Counted from the stretch's first letter, positions 38,330-49,311 are shown. The stretch: DNA of 64,000 nucleotides from Nitrosomonadales bacterium (GCA_023259065.1 JAHFQY010000003.1:34043-98042), one strand, 5' to 3'. The notes: generated by a model not told the origin, from the sequence alone. Translations and numbers: made by a program.

Positions 38330-39739
38330 CTAGGTATTATCAGTATCCATCCCCAGCTCTTGTATCTTGCGCGTAAGCGTATTGCGCCCCATGCCCAGCA
38401 GTGTGGCAGCCTCGATGCGACGACCACCGGTATGCTGCAATGCCTGAGCGATCAGGGTACGCTCGAATTGCTGGCTGAAGCTGTCGAGAATATGCGGCTC
38501 GCCGCGTTGCAAAGCGAGCGTGACCTGTGCCCCCAGTGAGCTGCGCCAGTCACCCGAGGGTGCGCTGGTTGCCTGGTTTTCACGCCAATCTGGAGGCAGG
38601 TCGGCAATTTCAACCTGCTGGGTTGGCGTCATCACGGTAAGCCAGTGGCACAGGTTTTCCAGTTGTCTGACGTTGCCTGGAATGTCCTGCGCGGCAAGAT
38701 AGCGCAATGCAGTTTCGCTCAGTGTTCTTTGCTCCACTCCCAGTTCGCGCGCGCTCTTGTGCAAAAAATATTTGGCCAGCAGGGGAATGTCCTCGCGGCG
38801 TTCGCGCAATGGCGGCAGGCGCAGGCGGATGACGTTGAGGCGATGGAACAGGTCTTCGCGGAACAGGCCTTGCTTGACGCGCTCGTCAAGATTCTGGTGA
38901 GTAGCAGCAATGATGCGCACATTGGCCTTGATCGGCTGGTGGCCGCCGACGCGATAAAAATTTCCGTCTGACAGTACGCGCAGCAAACGCGTTTGCAGTT
39001 CGGCGGGCATATCGCCAATTTCGTCGAGGAACAGCGTGCCACCCTCGGCCTGTTCAAAGCGGCCGCGCCGCGTGGCCGCTGCACCGGTAAAGGCGCCGCG
39101 TTCATGGCCAAACAGTTCGGATTCCAGCAGATCCTTGGGAATGGCTGCGGTGTTGATGGCGATAAACGGCTTGTCTGCTCGCGGGCTGTGGCGGTGCAGT
39201 GCATGAGCCACCAGTTCCTTGCCAGTGCCGGACTCGCCGTTGATCAGCACGGTGGCATGCGAGTGAGCGAGACGGCCGATGGCGCGAAAAACTTCCTGCA
39301 TGGCGGGCGCTTGCCCGAGAATATCAGGCGCCGCAGAGCTTTCATCGGCGGGAGAGCTCTTGCGCTGGCTTTGCTCCAGGGCGCGGCGGATCAATTCAAC
39401 CGCATAGTCTATGTCGAACGGTTTGGGCAAATATTCGAATGCGCCACCCTGAAACGCAGACACGGCGCTTTCCAGATCCGAATAGGCGGTCATGATGATG
39501 ACGGGCAAATAAGGGTAGCGTTCGCGCAGATTTTGCAGCAGGTCGAGACCGGAGCTGCCGGGCATGCGTATGTCGCTGATGACCATTTGCGGTGTCTCGC
39601 GCTGCAGTGCGGCCAATGCCTCATCAGCAGAGGCAAAACTTTTGAATTCGATGCCTTCACGCGCCAGTGCCTTTTCAAGCACCCAGCGTATGGAGCGGTC
39701 ATCGTCAATAATCCAGACTGGTTTTAGCATGGGATTCAC
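38330..39739 (-). CDS. ntrC: nitrogen regulation response regulator NtrC (sigma54 activator)
   Basis: REC domain, AAA+ domain with GESGTGKE and GAFTGA, and a C-terminal Fis-type HTH. Downstream of ntrB and glnA. Confidence 0.9.
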   Translation of the reverse strand: MNPMLKPVWIIDDDRSIRWVLEKALAREGIEFKSFASADEALAALQRETPQMVISDIRMPGSSGLDLLQNLRERYPYLPVIIMTAYSDLESAVSAFQGGAFEYLPKPFDIDYAVELIRRALEQSQRKSSPADESSAAPDILGQAPAMQEVFRAIGRLAHSHATVLINGESGTGKELVAHALHRHSPRADKPFIAINTAAIPKDLLESELFGHERGAFTGAAATRRGRFEQAEGGTLFLDEIGDMPAELQTRLLRVLSDGNFYRVGGHQPIKANVRIIAATHQNLDERVKQGLFREDLFHRLNVIRLRLPPLRERREDIPLLAKYFLHKSARELGVEQRTLSETALRYLAAQDIPGNVRQLENLCHWLTVMTPTQQVEIADLPPDWRENQATSAPSGDWRSSLGAQVTLALQRGEPHILDSFSQQFERTLIAQALQHTGGRRIEAATLLGMGRNTLTRKIQELGMDTDNT

Positions 39740-39742
39740 CGG

Positions 39743-40786
39743 TTATTTTAAGGGCAACATCACGCTAAAGCAGGTGCGCCCGGGTTCACTGTCAAATTCA
39801 ATGCTGCCCTGATGCTGGCTGATAAAATCCTGCGCCAGGGTAAGCCCGAGTCCGTGGCCGTCACTGCGCCCGGAGACCAGGGGATAAAAAATCTTGTCAC
39901 GCAGATGCACTGGAACGCCGGGCCCATTGTCGATAACCTGTACCATCACGGCCAGGCGATGGCGCTTCTTCATCAGGGTAACCTGGCGCGAAATACGTGT
40001 GCGCAGGATGATGTTGCCTTTGCCCTGCATGGCTTGCGCCGCATTGCGCACAATATTCAGGATGACCTGTATCAATTGCTCCTTGTCGCCATGCAAGGAC
40101 GGCAGGCTGATATCGTAATCACGCTGTATTTGCAGGCTGGCGGGAAACTCGGCGAGCACCACGCTGCGCACCCGTTCCAGCACCTCATGAATATTGAGCG
40201 CCCCAAAATGGGGCTCGTGTTGCGGCGTCAGCAGGTTCTCCATCAAAGAGCGCAGGCGGTCGGCTTCCTGAATAACTACTTGGGTGTATTCGCGCAACGC
40301 GGGTTTGTCCAGCTCATGCTCAAGCAGCTGTGCTGCGCCACGTATGCCACCCAGCGGATTTTTGATTTCATGCGCAAGATTGCGCAACAGCAGCCGGTTG
40401 GCCTGGGTCTGGTCTATCATTTGCTCTTCGCGCGCCATTTTGAGCGGGCGATCGATGGTGTGAAACTCGAGCATTAAAGCATAGGGTTGAAGCTGCAGTT
40501 GGGTAGCGGTGCAGCTCAGGTGGTATTTGTTTCCCGTAGCATATGTGCCCAAAGTCAGATCATGCTCAATATGGCTGGCATGGTTGGCAAGCGCCGACTG
40601 TATGGTGCCGAAGAGTTGCTCGGTATGGGTAAAGGCATATTGCAGGGGGTGGCCAAGCAAATTGGTTCGGCTCAAGCCAAAAAGATTTTCTGCCGCCGGG
40701 TTCAGGTAGGCGACGCGCGACTGCTCATCCAGCAGGATGATGGCAGTTGTGAGATGCTCTAATGTGGGTAGATTCGAGAGGGGCAT
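39743..40786 (-). CDS. ntrB: nitrogen regulation sensor histidine kinase NtrB
   Basis: PAS domain, H-box LAHEIKNPLGG, and HATPase (DNGPGVP, GHGLGL). Confidence 0.9.
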   Translation of the reverse strand: MPLSNLPTLEHLTTAIILLDEQSRVAYLNPAAENLFGLSRTNLLGHPLQYAFTHTEQLFGTIQSALANHASHIEHDLTLGTYATGNKYHLSCTATQLQLQPYALMLEFHTIDRPLKMAREEQMIDQTQANRLLLRNLAHEIKNPLGGIRGAAQLLEHELDKPALREYTQVVIQEADRLRSLMENLLTPQHEPHFGALNIHEVLERVRSVVLAEFPASLQIQRDYDISLPSLHGDKEQLIQVILNIVRNAAQAMQGKGNIILRTRISRQVTLMKKRHRLAVMVQVIDNGPGVPVHLRDKIFYPLVSGRSDGHGLGLTLAQDFISQHQGSIEFDSEPGRTCFSVMLPLK

Positions 40787-40823
40787 GAGAATCTATAAAG
40801 CAGAAAGCATGCCAGAGAAGTGG

Positions 40824-41288
40824 TTAGCGGAGGTTGGAAATTTCTTTCTTTAGTGCATCTATATTCTTTTCGTGCATGGCAACCTCGTCTTGAGCAGCTT
40901 TCACCTTTTCTTCATATTTGGCCACGTTGCGCAAGGTTTTCCCATCCTTTGTTTTATAGACCTCGGGATTACCTTCCGTATCAGCCAGATTTTTTTTCGC
41001 TTCCTCTAACAGCTTTTCCTCGGAAACCAGCTCATCTTGCAGAATAGCGAGGCGCGTGGCATCGCGGTTCTTTTGGGTCTGAGTATCAACCTTGGGAAAA
41101 TCCTTGGGGCCAGCTCGTGGCGCCTGCATGGTAGGTAGCGGTTCAAGGTTAAGTTTTTTTCCGCCCTTCAGGGGTTCGCTGGAGTAAGTGACATGGCCGC
41201 TTGCATCGACGCGTTTGTATATTTCAGCTTGTGCCAGATTGACGCAGCCCAAACAAAATACAACAAAAAGATAATAAGCTGACTTCAT
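40824..41288 (-). CDS. DUF4124 domain protein (exported, coiled C-terminal half)
   Basis: Start moved to the ATG at 41288 (MKSAYYLFVVFCLGCVNLAQAEIYKRVDASGHVTYSSEP). Signal peptide plus DUF4124 signature. Lies between glnA and ntrB. Confidence 0.7.
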   Translation of the reverse strand: MKSAYYLFVVFCLGCVNLAQAEIYKRVDASGHVTYSSEPLKGGKKLNLEPLPTMQAPRAGPKDFPKVDTQTQKNRDATRLAILQDELVSEEKLLEEAKKNLADTEGNPEVYKTKDGKTLRNVAKYEEKVKAAQDEVAMHEKNIDALKKEISNLR

Positions 41289-41420
41289 GGTGTAACCCCG
41301 ATAATGGAGTGGGAAGTATAGGTCATGCCGGATGCCGTGACAAACAGCCGTGGCGATCAGGCGGGCGCAGAAATGCAAACGGGACCCGAAGGTCCCGTTT
41401 TGCATGCTGCTGATTGCTGC

Positions 41421-42836
41421 TTAGATGCTGTAGTACATGTCAAACTCAACTGGGTGAGTTGTCATGCGGACACGGTTAACTTCGTCCATCTTCAGCGCGA
41501 TGAAAGCATCGATGAAGTCGTTGGAGAACACACCACCGCGGGTCAGGAACTCGCGATCCTTGTCCAGGTTGGCCAGAGCTTCATCAAGTGAGGCGCACAC
41601 TGTTGGAATCTTTGCATCTTCCTCTGGTGGCAGGTCGTACAGGTTCTTGTCTGCTGGATCGCCTGGGTGAATCTTGTTCTGGATACCGTCCAGACCAGCC
41701 ATCATCAGTGCGGCGAAGCACAGGTATGGGTTGGCTGTAGGATCGGGGAAACGTGTTTCGATGCGGCGAGCCTTGTCGCTGGCTACATGCGGAATACGGA
41801 TGGAAGCAGAACGGTTCTTGGCGGAGTAAGCCAGTTTTACCGGAGCCTCATAGTGTGGAACCAGACGCTTGTAGGAGTTGGTGCCCGGGTTGGTAATCGC
41901 GTTCAGTGCCTTGGCATGCTTGATGACGCCGCCGATGTAGTACAGAGCAGTCTCGGACAGGCCAGCATAGCCATTGCCTGCAAACAGGTTCTTGCCGCCT
42001 TTCCAGATGGACTGGTGCACGTGCATGCCGGAACCGTTGTCGCCAACGATAGGCTTGGGCATGAAGGTTGCAGTCTTGCCGTACTGGTGTGCAACGTTGT
42101 GCACGATGTATTTCAATTGCTGGGTCTGGTCGGCGCGATGTACCAGGGTGCTGAACTTGGTGCCGATTTCGCACTGTCCGGCAGTCGCTACTTCATGGTG
42201 ATGAACTTCCACTTCGATGCCGATTTCTTCCAGCGCCAGGCACATTGCAGAGCGGATGTCATGCAGCGAGTCTACTGGTGGAACCGGGAAGTAGCCGCCC
42301 TTTACGGTAGGACGGTGGCCGGTATTGCCGCTTTCATATTCCTCGGCAGAAGACCATGCGGCCTCTTCCGAATTGATTTTCAGGGAGCAGCCGGACATGT
42401 CGATGTGCCAGTTCACGGAATCAAAAATGAAGAACTCTGGCTCAGGACCAAAGAATGCGGTATCGCCAATGCCGGATGATTTCAGGTAAGCCTCGGCGCG
42501 CTTGGCGATGGAGCGTGGGTCACGGTCGTAGCCCTTGCCATCGGATGGTTCGATAACGTCGCAGGTTATAACCAGTGTGCTTTCGTCCATGAACGGATCG
42601 ATGAAAGCAGAAGCAGGATCGGGCAGCAACAGCATGTCGGAAGCCTGAATGCCTTTCCAGCCGGCGATGGAGGAGCCGTCAAAAGCGTGGCCATCGGTGA
42701 ATTTGTCTTCGCCAAAATATTTGGCTGGCACGGATACGTGCTGCTCTTTGCCGCGCGTATCGGTAAAACGCAGATCGACGAACTTGATTTCGCCGCCTTG
42801 TATGGATTTCATTGCTTCTGCTGCAGACTTGAACAT
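41421..42836 (-). CDS. glnA: glutamine synthetase type I
   Basis: 471 aa with canonical GSI motifs, including the adenylylation-site region NLYDLPPEE. Confidence 0.95.
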   Translation of the reverse strand: MFKSAAEAMKSIQGGEIKFVDLRFTDTRGKEQHVSVPAKYFGEDKFTDGHAFDGSSIAGWKGIQASDMLLLPDPASAFIDPFMDESTLVITCDVIEPSDGKGYDRDPRSIAKRAEAYLKSSGIGDTAFFGPEPEFFIFDSVNWHIDMSGCSLKINSEEAAWSSAEEYESGNTGHRPTVKGGYFPVPPVDSLHDIRSAMCLALEEIGIEVEVHHHEVATAGQCEIGTKFSTLVHRADQTQQLKYIVHNVAHQYGKTATFMPKPIVGDNGSGMHVHQSIWKGGKNLFAGNGYAGLSETALYYIGGVIKHAKALNAITNPGTNSYKRLVPHYEAPVKLAYSAKNRSASIRIPHVASDKARRIETRFPDPTANPYLCFAALMMAGLDGIQNKIHPGDPADKNLYDLPPEEDAKIPTVCASLDEALANLDKDREFLTRGGVFSNDFIDAFIALKMDEVNRVRMTTHPVEFDMYYSI

Positions 42837-42902
42837 TATCGCTCTCCCAATAAACGTAAAAACAAAACTAATAAAACTGAACCGGAACTGAATCCAGATG
42901 TG

Positions 42903-42918
42903 AGCACAAAGCGTGCCA
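42903..42918 (-). promoter_or_regulatory. sigma54 (-24/-12) promoter of glnA
   Basis: The minus strand reads TGGCACGCTTTGTGCT, matching TGGCAC-N5-tTGCw with GG/GC correctly spaced. About 65 nt upstream of the glnA ATG. Confidence 0.8.
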
Positions 42919-42982
42919 CATCAAAAGCTGTGCGAAAGCGGCCATTTTGCCATAACCATCAGGGGGAATGGGTAAAATTATG

Positions 42983-43030
42983 TGCGCCAATATGGGGCGG
43001 GATAGCACTTGTTTGCACCATTATGGTGCG
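42983..43030. promoter_or_regulatory. NtrC enhancer sites upstream of glnA
   Basis: TGCACCATTATGGTGCG (43014-43030) closely matches TGCACC-N5-GGTGCA. A weaker site TGCGCCAATATGGGGCG lies at 42983-42999. The sites lie roughly 100 and 130 nt upstream of the predicted start site. Confidence 0.7.
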
Positions 43031-44208
43031 TCACTGTGGTAAAGCTTGATGCTGCGGAAATAGGGATCGTCTGCGCAAATGTCAGAAAATTTGTCCAGAC
43101 AGCCTTTAAGTTGGTGCGCAGTGAATTTTTTATGCGCATCCAGAAACAACTCGACATCGACCTTACCATCCAGATAGTGCAAGACTACACGAGTATAAGG
43201 AAGGTGCGCATCTCCCATGCGATCCAGCAAGTGGCTGAGCAGGGCTGCACGGGCAGGCAAGTGAATGTTGGGCTTGGCGACAGCGTCATCTTCGGGATCT
43301 ATATGTACCATGACGTCGAGCACATGATGGCCGCGCAGCACGGCTTGTCTGGCAGATTCGGCAATAAAGTGACCTTCTGACACGCTGATTTTGGGGTCAA
43401 CCAGAATGTGCGCATCGACCAGGGCGTTATCCGCCATCTTGCGCGTGCGCAACTCATGCAGGCTGATGACGCCCGGCGTCTGCATCAGGGTGGCGCGAAT
43501 TTCGGCCACCTCTTCTTCCGACAGGCCTGTATCCACCAATTCTGACAGCGCCTCCAGCGCAAACTTTGCGCCCATGTGCGCAATCATCCCGCCCACCACC
43601 GCTGCGGCCACCAGATCGAGGAAGGTGTAACCCAGCAGATTGCCGGCAATGCCCACCATGACCACCAGTGAGGATGCTGCATCGGAGCGCGCATGCCAGG
43701 CATTGGCGACCAGCATTTGCGAGCGTACACGTTGCGCCACTGCCAGCATGTATCTGAACATTCCCTCCTTGGCGGCCAACGCCACCAGGGCAATCCAGAA
43801 GGTAAAGGGGTGCACGGCCTGGACGTTCTCGGGATGCTGCAGGCGCAAGCCGGCAGAGATCAGCAGACCCACGCCGAGAGCGGCCAGGCTGACGCCCAGT
43901 ATCAGTGAGGCGGCAGTTTCAATGCGGGCATGGCCGTAGGGGTGCTCGGCATCGGCGTGCTTGTTGCCGTGGCGGTTGGCAAACAGCACCAGCACGTCCG
44001 CCAGCAAATCGGAAAATGAATGCAGGCCGTCGGCCATCAAGGATTGTGACTTGCCGAAAAAACCGGCCAAAACCTGCAAAACTGTCAACAGCATGTTGAT
44101 GATGATGCTTACCCAGGTACTCTTCTGTGCGGCGGCAAAGCGTTCCGGATGAGCGGGTTCAAAGGCGTCGGGCTTGCCGTGGGCATGCGAGTGGGCGGGA
44201 TTTTTCAT
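43021..44208 (-). CDS. cation diffusion facilitator family transporter
   Basis: His-rich N terminus (HSHAHG), six TM segments with the CDF signature (SDLLADVLVL, HARSDAASS), and a C-terminal cytoplasmic domain. Start at the ATG at 44208. Confidence 0.85.
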   Translation of the reverse strand: MKNPAHSHAHGKPDAFEPAHPERFAAAQKSTWVSIIINMLLTVLQVLAGFFGKSQSLMADGLHSFSDLLADVLVLFANRHGNKHADAEHPYGHARIETAASLILGVSLAALGVGLLISAGLRLQHPENVQAVHPFTFWIALVALAAKEGMFRYMLAVAQRVRSQMLVANAWHARSDAASSLVVMVGIAGNLLGYTFLDLVAAAVVGGMIAHMGAKFALEALSELVDTGLSEEEVAEIRATLMQTPGVISLHELRTRKMADNALVDAHILVDPKISVSEGHFIAESARQAVLRGHHVLDVMVHIDPEDDAVAKPNIHLPARAALLSHLLDRMGDAHLPYTRVVLHYLDGKVDVELFLDAHKKFTAHQLKGCLDKFSDICADDPYFRSIKLYHSDAP

Positions 44209-44287
44209 GGCGCTTGCGCTAGTATGGAAAGACACCGCGCAGAATAGCATTTGCGGGCCACATTATGAATACTGGCGAGGGAACATC

Positions 44288-44740
44288 ATGGGCAAAATAA
44301 CTGAAATTCTCAGCGTTGCGCAAAGCCGTGCAAAAGACATGGGCCTGCCCTATGAGGGGTCATTGATGCCGGATGAGGCCTACACCATCATGCAGATGGC
44401 GCCGGGTGCAAAACTGGTGGATGTACGCTCGCGGGCGGAGCTGGATTTTGTCGGACGCATACCGGGAGCGGTAGAAATTGAGTGGGCCAGCTATCCCGGC
44501 ATGAAGCCCAATCCGCATTTTCTCGCGGCGCTGGAACAGCAAGTGGACAAGGAAGCGCTGCTGATGTTTATTTGCCGCAGCGGTCACCGCTCACACTATG
44601 CCGCCAATGTGGCGACCCAGGCGGGCTATAACGACTGCTACAACGTGCTGGTCGGCTTTGAAGGCGACATGGACGCCAGAAAACATCGCAATGTGAGCAA
44701 CGGCTGGCGCGTGCTGGGGTTGCCGTGGGAGCAGAGTTAA
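44288..44740 (+). CDS. rhodanese-like domain protein
   Basis: 150 aa. [22 protein letters not shown] and active-site loop CRSGHRS. Confidence 0.75.
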   Translation: MGKITEILSVAQSRAKDMGLPYEGSLMPDEAYTIMQMAPGAKLVDVRSRAELDFVGRIPGAVEIEWASYPGMKPNPHFLAALEQQVDKEALLMFICRSGHRSHYAANVATQAGYNDCYNVLVGFEGDMDARKHRNVSNGWRVLGLPWEQS

Positions 44741-45564
44741 ACCCCTGACCAGCTCACCCACCCCGTGTAATAAGTGACCAGCACCACCAGGCCGAATGCG
44801 ATCCTGTACCAGGCAAACACGGTGAAATCATGGCTGCTGATGTAGCGCAGCAGCCAGCGCACGCACAGGAAAGCCGAGACAAACGAGGCAACGAAGCCTG
44901 CCGACCACATACCCAGATCATCCATGGCAAGCAGGGCGCGCTCCTTGTAGAGCTCATACAGTGTTGCGGCAATCAGCGTGGGCATGGCCAGGAAGAAGGT
45001 GAATTCCGTCGCCGCCTTGCGACTCAAGCCGAAGAACAAGCCGCCTATGATGGTGGCGCCCGAGCGTGAGGTGCCGGGTATCAGCGCCAGTGCCTGTGCA
45101 AAACCTACCTTCAGTGCGTCTTTCCAATTCAGGTCATCCACCGAGTTCACGCTCACCGTGTGCTTGCGCTTCTCCGCCCACAAAATAAACAGCGCACCAA
45201 TGATGGAAGTTGTTGCCACCGTAATGGGATTGAACAAGGCAGCCTTGATGTGTTTGCCGAAAAGCAGCCCGAGTACGGCCAGCGGCAAGAAAGCGATGGC
45301 CACATTGAGGATAAAGCGTTTTGCGCTTTCCTGTCCTTGCGCCAGGCCGCTAAACACCGTGGCAATCTTGGCACGGTATTCCCACATCACGGCCAAGATG
45401 GCAGCAGACTGAATGACGATCAGGAACAGCTTGCCGCGCTCATCGTTAAAACCGAGCAGGCTTTCTGCCACGATCAAATGGCCGGTGCTGGAAATGGGGA
45501 GGAATTCGGTCAAGCCTTCCACCACGCCAAGGATGGCGGCTTTAAGCAACAGCAAAATATCCAT
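44737..45564 (-). CDS. uppP: undecaprenyl-diphosphate phosphatase
   Basis: 275 aa. [17 protein letters not shown] and [10 protein letters not shown] are the BacA/UppP motifs. Confidence 0.95.
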   Translation of the reverse strand: MDILLLLKAAILGVVEGLTEFLPISSTGHLIVAESLLGFNDERGKLFLIVIQSAAILAVMWEYRAKIATVFSGLAQGQESAKRFILNVAIAFLPLAVLGLLFGKHIKAALFNPITVATTSIIGALFILWAEKRKHTVSVNSVDDLNWKDALKVGFAQALALIPGTSRSGATIIGGLFFGLSRKAATEFTFFLAMPTLIAATLYELYKERALLAMDDLGMWSAGFVASFVSAFLCVRWLLRYISSHDFTVFAWYRIAFGLVVLVTYYTGWVSWSGV

Positions 45565-45610
45565 GAATCAGTTCGTTGTTATTCGTTAATGGGTTGCTGC
45601 CGCCGCAGCT

Positions 45611-45811
45611 TCAGCAAGACAGGCGGCCAAGCGCGATGCGACGGTTGATGCGAATGCGCTCTTCATCGGTCAGCTCCGGCCAACGCGTGACTTCTTCGAA
45701 GGTGCGCAGGCAGCTGCGGCACACATCATCGCCCAACGCAGTGGTGCAATGGCCCGTGCACGGGCATTGGGAAGTGACCTCGGGAGAGAAGGACGTATCA
45801 TGCAAATGCAT
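45611..45811 (-). CDS. DUF1289 domain protein (Cys-rich)
   Basis: 66 aa. CPCTGHC....DDVCRSCLRTFEEVTRW is a typical DUF1289 pattern. Confidence 0.7.
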   Translation of the reverse strand: MHLHDTSFSPEVTSQCPCTGHCTTALGDDVCRSCLRTFEEVTRWPELTDEERIRINRRIALGRLSC

Positions 45812-45817
45812 GGCGCA

Positions 45818-46087
45818 TTATAACTCGGGGAGAGTCAAGTGCTCCAGCTGCGCTAGCCAGGCCAGTGCTCCATCACGCGAAGTGCCGCACATTTCGGTCG
45901 AAGGTTGCAGCCCGGCGCAAAACGCCGGCCGTTCCGGTTTGCCAAACACCTTGCAGCGCAGCGCCTCATCCAGCTGCACGCACGGCACACCGGCGGGCTT
46001 GCCGTCAGGCATGCCGGGCAAGGGCGAAGTGATGGAGGGCGCGATGCAGCAGGCGGCGCAGTGGGGGCGGCATTGCGCCTTTTTCAT
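45818..46087 (-). CDS. YkgJ family cysteine-cluster protein
   Basis: 89 aa. CRPHCAACC cluster (CxxCxxCC type) plus downstream Cys residues. Confidence 0.7.
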   Translation of the reverse strand: MKKAQCRPHCAACCIAPSITSPLPGMPDGKPAGVPCVQLDEALRCKVFGKPERPAFCAGLQPSTEMCGTSRDGALAWLAQLEHLTLPEL

Positions 46088-47775
46088 AACGGCTCCAGCA
46101 GCTTGATGAAATTGCGCTTTGCCTTGAAACGAATGCGCAATTCAGCCAGATAGCTGTGACGCTCATCCCTGAGTAGCAATGGCAGTAACTTTTTGAGGAA
46201 ATCCAACGACTGCTCGTAACTCCGGTTGCCTCCAAGGTCAGCCCAATATTCCACCTCATGACGATAGATAGGCACACTGATTTGTGGATGGGCCTTTCTT
46301 GCCTGGTCGGCCAACATTAACCACAATGGCCTGCTTGTCACACAGCCACGGGAAACGGCCACGGCTTCTTCCACTCTCTTTTCCTGCAACAGAATTTCCA
46401 GCCGCATGCTGACATCGCGCAAGGCGTCCGGTTTGCGTTTTCTTGCGTGTTCCCACGAGGTAAGCTCGCGTCCCTCCAGAAAAGTAAATGCACGTTTGCG
46501 CCAACTGGCTGCATGTTTGCCTGCCTGCTTCATCAGCGCGAAAAAATGTTCTGCCGACGGCCAATGCTCAAACCATTGCCAAAGCAAGTCATTTGCTTCT
46601 TCATCCAAACCGTCGTGGCGGTAACAGGTCGACAGCTCCACATAAAAGCCTGGATCATCCGGAAACAGTCGATGCGCCTTTTCCGCCCATGTCAGCGCAT
46701 CGCGCTGGCGGTCATATTCGCGGTACTGCGCTATGAGATTCCGGTAATCACATGGCTCCTGCAATTCACGTACCTTGAGTGCCAGCAGTGCATCACGGTC
46801 ATCGTTAAGTGCATACCATACCTCCAGCATGCGTGTTAATTGTTCGCGCTCCAATGATTCGTCGGTCATGGACCAGCGGTTTTTGGGTTTCACGAACGGC
46901 GGCAATTTGGCATGCGCCGCTTCGATACAGCGCCCATACTCCGCCCACGCCGCATCGCCCAGCAGCGGGCGATAAGCCTTCGGATCGAAGAAACCCCAGC
47001 CGTCCGCCAGCATCAGCTTGAAAAAACGCCCACCGAATTTTTTGTCCGGCTGCAAAGCCGCCATCGCCTTGCGATGCAGTTTGGCTAGTTCCTCCATCGC
47101 GCCGCTGATGGCGCCCGCCGAATCGTCGCTTTGCTCCAAAGTCTTGAACAAGCGCAGCAGCGCATACTCGGCTGCTTCTGCGCACACGGCGGGGCGGGAC
47201 TTCACCAGCCCGTGCAGCAACTCAGCGACCTGATCCACACGCCGCGCAAAGTCGAAGCTCTTGCGGTAATCCACAAAGCCACCTCCACGCAACAGAGCGC
47301 CGATCACCTTGTTCAGCTCTGCACCACTCTCTGCTTGAGTGCTCTTGTGCCAGAACAGTAAATCCTTCTCCACTTCGCGGTACTCGGCGGCAATGGAGAG
47401 GAGCTTGTCCACCAGCAATTCCGGCGGCTGGGCGCGCAGGAAAGCCGCAAGTGAGGCGTCGGTAGTCGGCGTTTCTGCAGATGCAAGATCACCGCGTGCC
47501 GCCAGCGCCAACGCGACCTGATGCTTGCAAAAATCGCCATCTGCCGCCGCCGGGCAACTGCAATCGCCGTGCAGATCGCCCCCGTCCAGAAACAGCGCCA
47601 CGTCATAACATGCCCCGCCGCGCACACTGCCGGTTAATTGATGTGCAGAAACCTCCTCCACCTGCGCCCGGCCCTCTTGCGCATACTTTTTTCCGCGTGC
47701 AAAAGCACCATCGCCCGCGAGATTGCGCAGGGTATCGTCGTCAACTTGAGACCAGGAGAGGGAAGAAGAAGTCAT
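46084..47775 (-). CDS. SWIM zinc-finger protein with helical-repeat C-terminal region
   Basis: 563 aa. [20 protein letters not shown] is the CxC...CxH SWIM signature near the N terminus. Stop overlaps the ykgJ-like start. Confidence 0.7.
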   Translation of the reverse strand: MTSSSLSWSQVDDDTLRNLAGDGAFARGKKYAQEGRAQVEEVSAHQLTGSVRGGACYDVALFLDGGDLHGDCSCPAAADGDFCKHQVALALAARGDLASAETPTTDASLAAFLRAQPPELLVDKLLSIAAEYREVEKDLLFWHKSTQAESGAELNKVIGALLRGGGFVDYRKSFDFARRVDQVAELLHGLVKSRPAVCAEAAEYALLRLFKTLEQSDDSAGAISGAMEELAKLHRKAMAALQPDKKFGGRFFKLMLADGWGFFDPKAYRPLLGDAAWAEYGRCIEAAHAKLPPFVKPKNRWSMTDESLEREQLTRMLEVWYALNDDRDALLALKVRELQEPCDYRNLIAQYREYDRQRDALTWAEKAHRLFPDDPGFYVELSTCYRHDGLDEEANDLLWQWFEHWPSAEHFFALMKQAGKHAASWRKRAFTFLEGRELTSWEHARKRKPDALRDVSMRLEILLQEKRVEEAVAVSRGCVTSRPLWLMLADQARKAHPQISVPIYRHEVEYWADLGGNRSYEQSLDFLKKLLPLLLRDERHSYLAELRIRFKAKRNFIKLLEPL

Positions 47776-47859
47776 GGCGCGATTATACCGGCGCTTGACT
47801 CAAGACATGATCGCTGGCTTAATTAGCTCATAAATCAGAGCCAAACAAGGAGCAGAATT

Positions 47860-48117
47860 ATGGCAATGGAAACGATACTGTCCGACCTCTCTGTCAGCAT
47901 GACGGAGTTCAAGAAAAATCCAAACGATGCCCTCAGAGAATCGGGAGGGCAAACGGTTGCGGTGCTCAGCCACAACAAGCCTGCCTTCTACATGGTGCCA
48001 CCAGAACGCTATGAGGCCATGCTGGAAGAACTCGACGACTTGCAGTTAGTACGCTTGGCAAAGGAGCGCCTCAAGCAAAAGGGCCGCGCCGTCGAGGTGA
48101 CGCTGGATGACCTCTAA
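47860..48117 (+). CDS. type II antitoxin, Phd/YefM (StbD-like) family
   Basis: 85 aa. SVSMTEFKKNPNDAL...VAVLSHNKPAFYMVPPERYEAMLEELDD. Overlaps the downstream toxin gene by 11 nt. Confidence 0.85.
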   Translation: MAMETILSDLSVSMTEFKKNPNDALRESGGQTVAVLSHNKPAFYMVPPERYEAMLEELDDLQLVRLAKERLKQKGRAVEVTLDDL

Positions 48118-48424
48118 GCAGGCCAAGACACCCACGAAATATCGCCTCAAGTTTGTGCCGGATGCATGGCGCGAGTGGCAGGCGCTGGACGGCTCAATCA
48201 AACAGGCCCTCAAGCCGCTGCTGGCAAAGCGCCTGCAAAACCCGCATGTGCCGGGTTCGCTTCTGCACCGAGAGTTGGCAGGCTGCTACAAGATCAAACT
48301 GCTCAAGCAGGGTTACCGTCTGGTGTACATGGTCGAGGATGGCGTACTGGTTGTGCTGGTGCTGTCAGTAGGGAAACGTGCAGACAATGCGGTGTATCGG
48401 GCGGCAGCAAGGCGGAATAAATGA
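48107..48424 (+). CDS. type II toxin, RelE/StbE family
   Basis: 105 aa. YRLKFVPDAWREWQALDGSIKQALKPLLAKRLQNPHVPGS...CYKIKLLKQGYRLVYMVEDGVLVVLVLSVGKR closely follows the RelE/StbE pattern. Confidence 0.85.
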   Translation: MTSKQAKTPTKYRLKFVPDAWREWQALDGSIKQALKPLLAKRLQNPHVPGSLLHRELAGCYKIKLLKQGYRLVYMVEDGVLVVLVLSVGKRADNAVYRAAARRNK

Positions 48425-48497
48425 TCTGAAGATAGGGCAGAAATATCCAAGCAATCAGGAGAAAACTGTATTCAACAACATATAAAGGAGTAATGAA

Positions 48498-48791
48498 ATG
48501 ATTACGTCTATCCCCACCCTTGATGAATCCATCGAACGCATGAAACAGGAAATTATTGACGATATCAAAGCCGGGCGAGTGCCCGCAGATTGCTCCTCAT
48601 TTTCCGCCCTGCATGATTATGTTGATGCCAATTGCTACGGTGGATTCTGCGAAGAGAATGAGATGGAAGCATTGATGGATCACTTCGGTGGACTTAATGA
48701 AGAAGAAAGTATGCCTGCCGCCCTGATTGATTATCTGAACGAAGCCCAGAATTCGATTGACCGCTGGATTAAGGGTGGCGGGATACAGTAA
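48498..48791 (+). CDS. hypothetical acidic protein
   Basis: 97 aa ORF with AAGGAG 6 nt upstream of the ATG. About 20 Asp/Glu versus 6 Lys/Arg. No recognisable motif. Confidence 0.45.
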   Translation: MITSIPTLDESIERMKQEIIDDIKAGRVPADCSSFSALHDYVDANCYGGFCEENEMEALMDHFGGLNEEESMPAALIDYLNEAQNSIDRWIKGGGIQ

Positions 48792-48852
48792 CCACGATAG
48801 GCTGCTTTGAGTGAAAAAAAATACAATTCGCGGCTCTGCCGGGGTTTCTTAC

Positions 48853-49311
48853 TCATTTCTCTTGGGTTTCGCAGGGCCATTCAACGAGTTTACTATTCCC
48901 ATATTGTATTTCTGATGGTAACCACGCCAACTGAGACTCCCCAGATTTTCTGAGCCCGCACTCCCACAGGACGATGACACGCCATCCTTCTTTAATCAGC
49001 GCTCGGGTATTAGTTCGGTCACGTTGGATGTTCTGCTTGAACTTTGCTTGCCACATTTTCACGTTGCTGGCAGGCGTATAACTCAGACGACACCCTTTAT
49101 GTCGATGCCAAAAACAACCCTGTACAAAAATTACAGTCTGGTACTTGGGCAAGCAAATGTCCGGCGTACCGTGCAACTCACGAACATGCAACCGATAACG
49201 AAATCCTTTGGCATGAAGAAAGCGCCTCACCCTCATTTCCGGCTGAGTATCTTTGCTCTTGATGCCCGACATCATGCGGGATCGGGTCGATTTATCGACT
49301 ATGTCTGTCAT
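48853..49311 (-). CDS. vsr: very short patch repair endonuclease
   Basis: MTDIVDKSTRSRMMSGIKSKDTQPEMRVRRFL...PDICLPKYQTVIFVQGCFWHRH...FWQAKFKQNIQRDR...GWRVIVLWECGL is collinear with E. coli Vsr. Start at the ATG at 49311, preceded by AGAGG. Confidence 0.9.
   Translation of the reverse strand: MTDIVDKSTRSRMMSGIKSKDTQPEMRVRRFLHAKGFRYRLHVRELHGTPDICLPKYQTVIFVQGCFWHRHKGCRLSYTPASNVKMWQAKFKQNIQRDRTNTRALIKEGWRVIVLWECGLRKSGESQLAWLPSEIQYGNSKLVEWPCETQEK

Noticed and set aside
42687-43049. 120-aa + strand ORF in the glnA upstream region
   Set aside because: It overlaps the glnA 5' end and the sigma54/NtrC control region, has no SD and no motif, so it is regarded as spurious.
44737-44740. Convergent uppP and rhodanese genes sharing the stop-codon tetranucleotide TTAA
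   Set aside because: The overlap is real but trivial and has no obvious functional implication.
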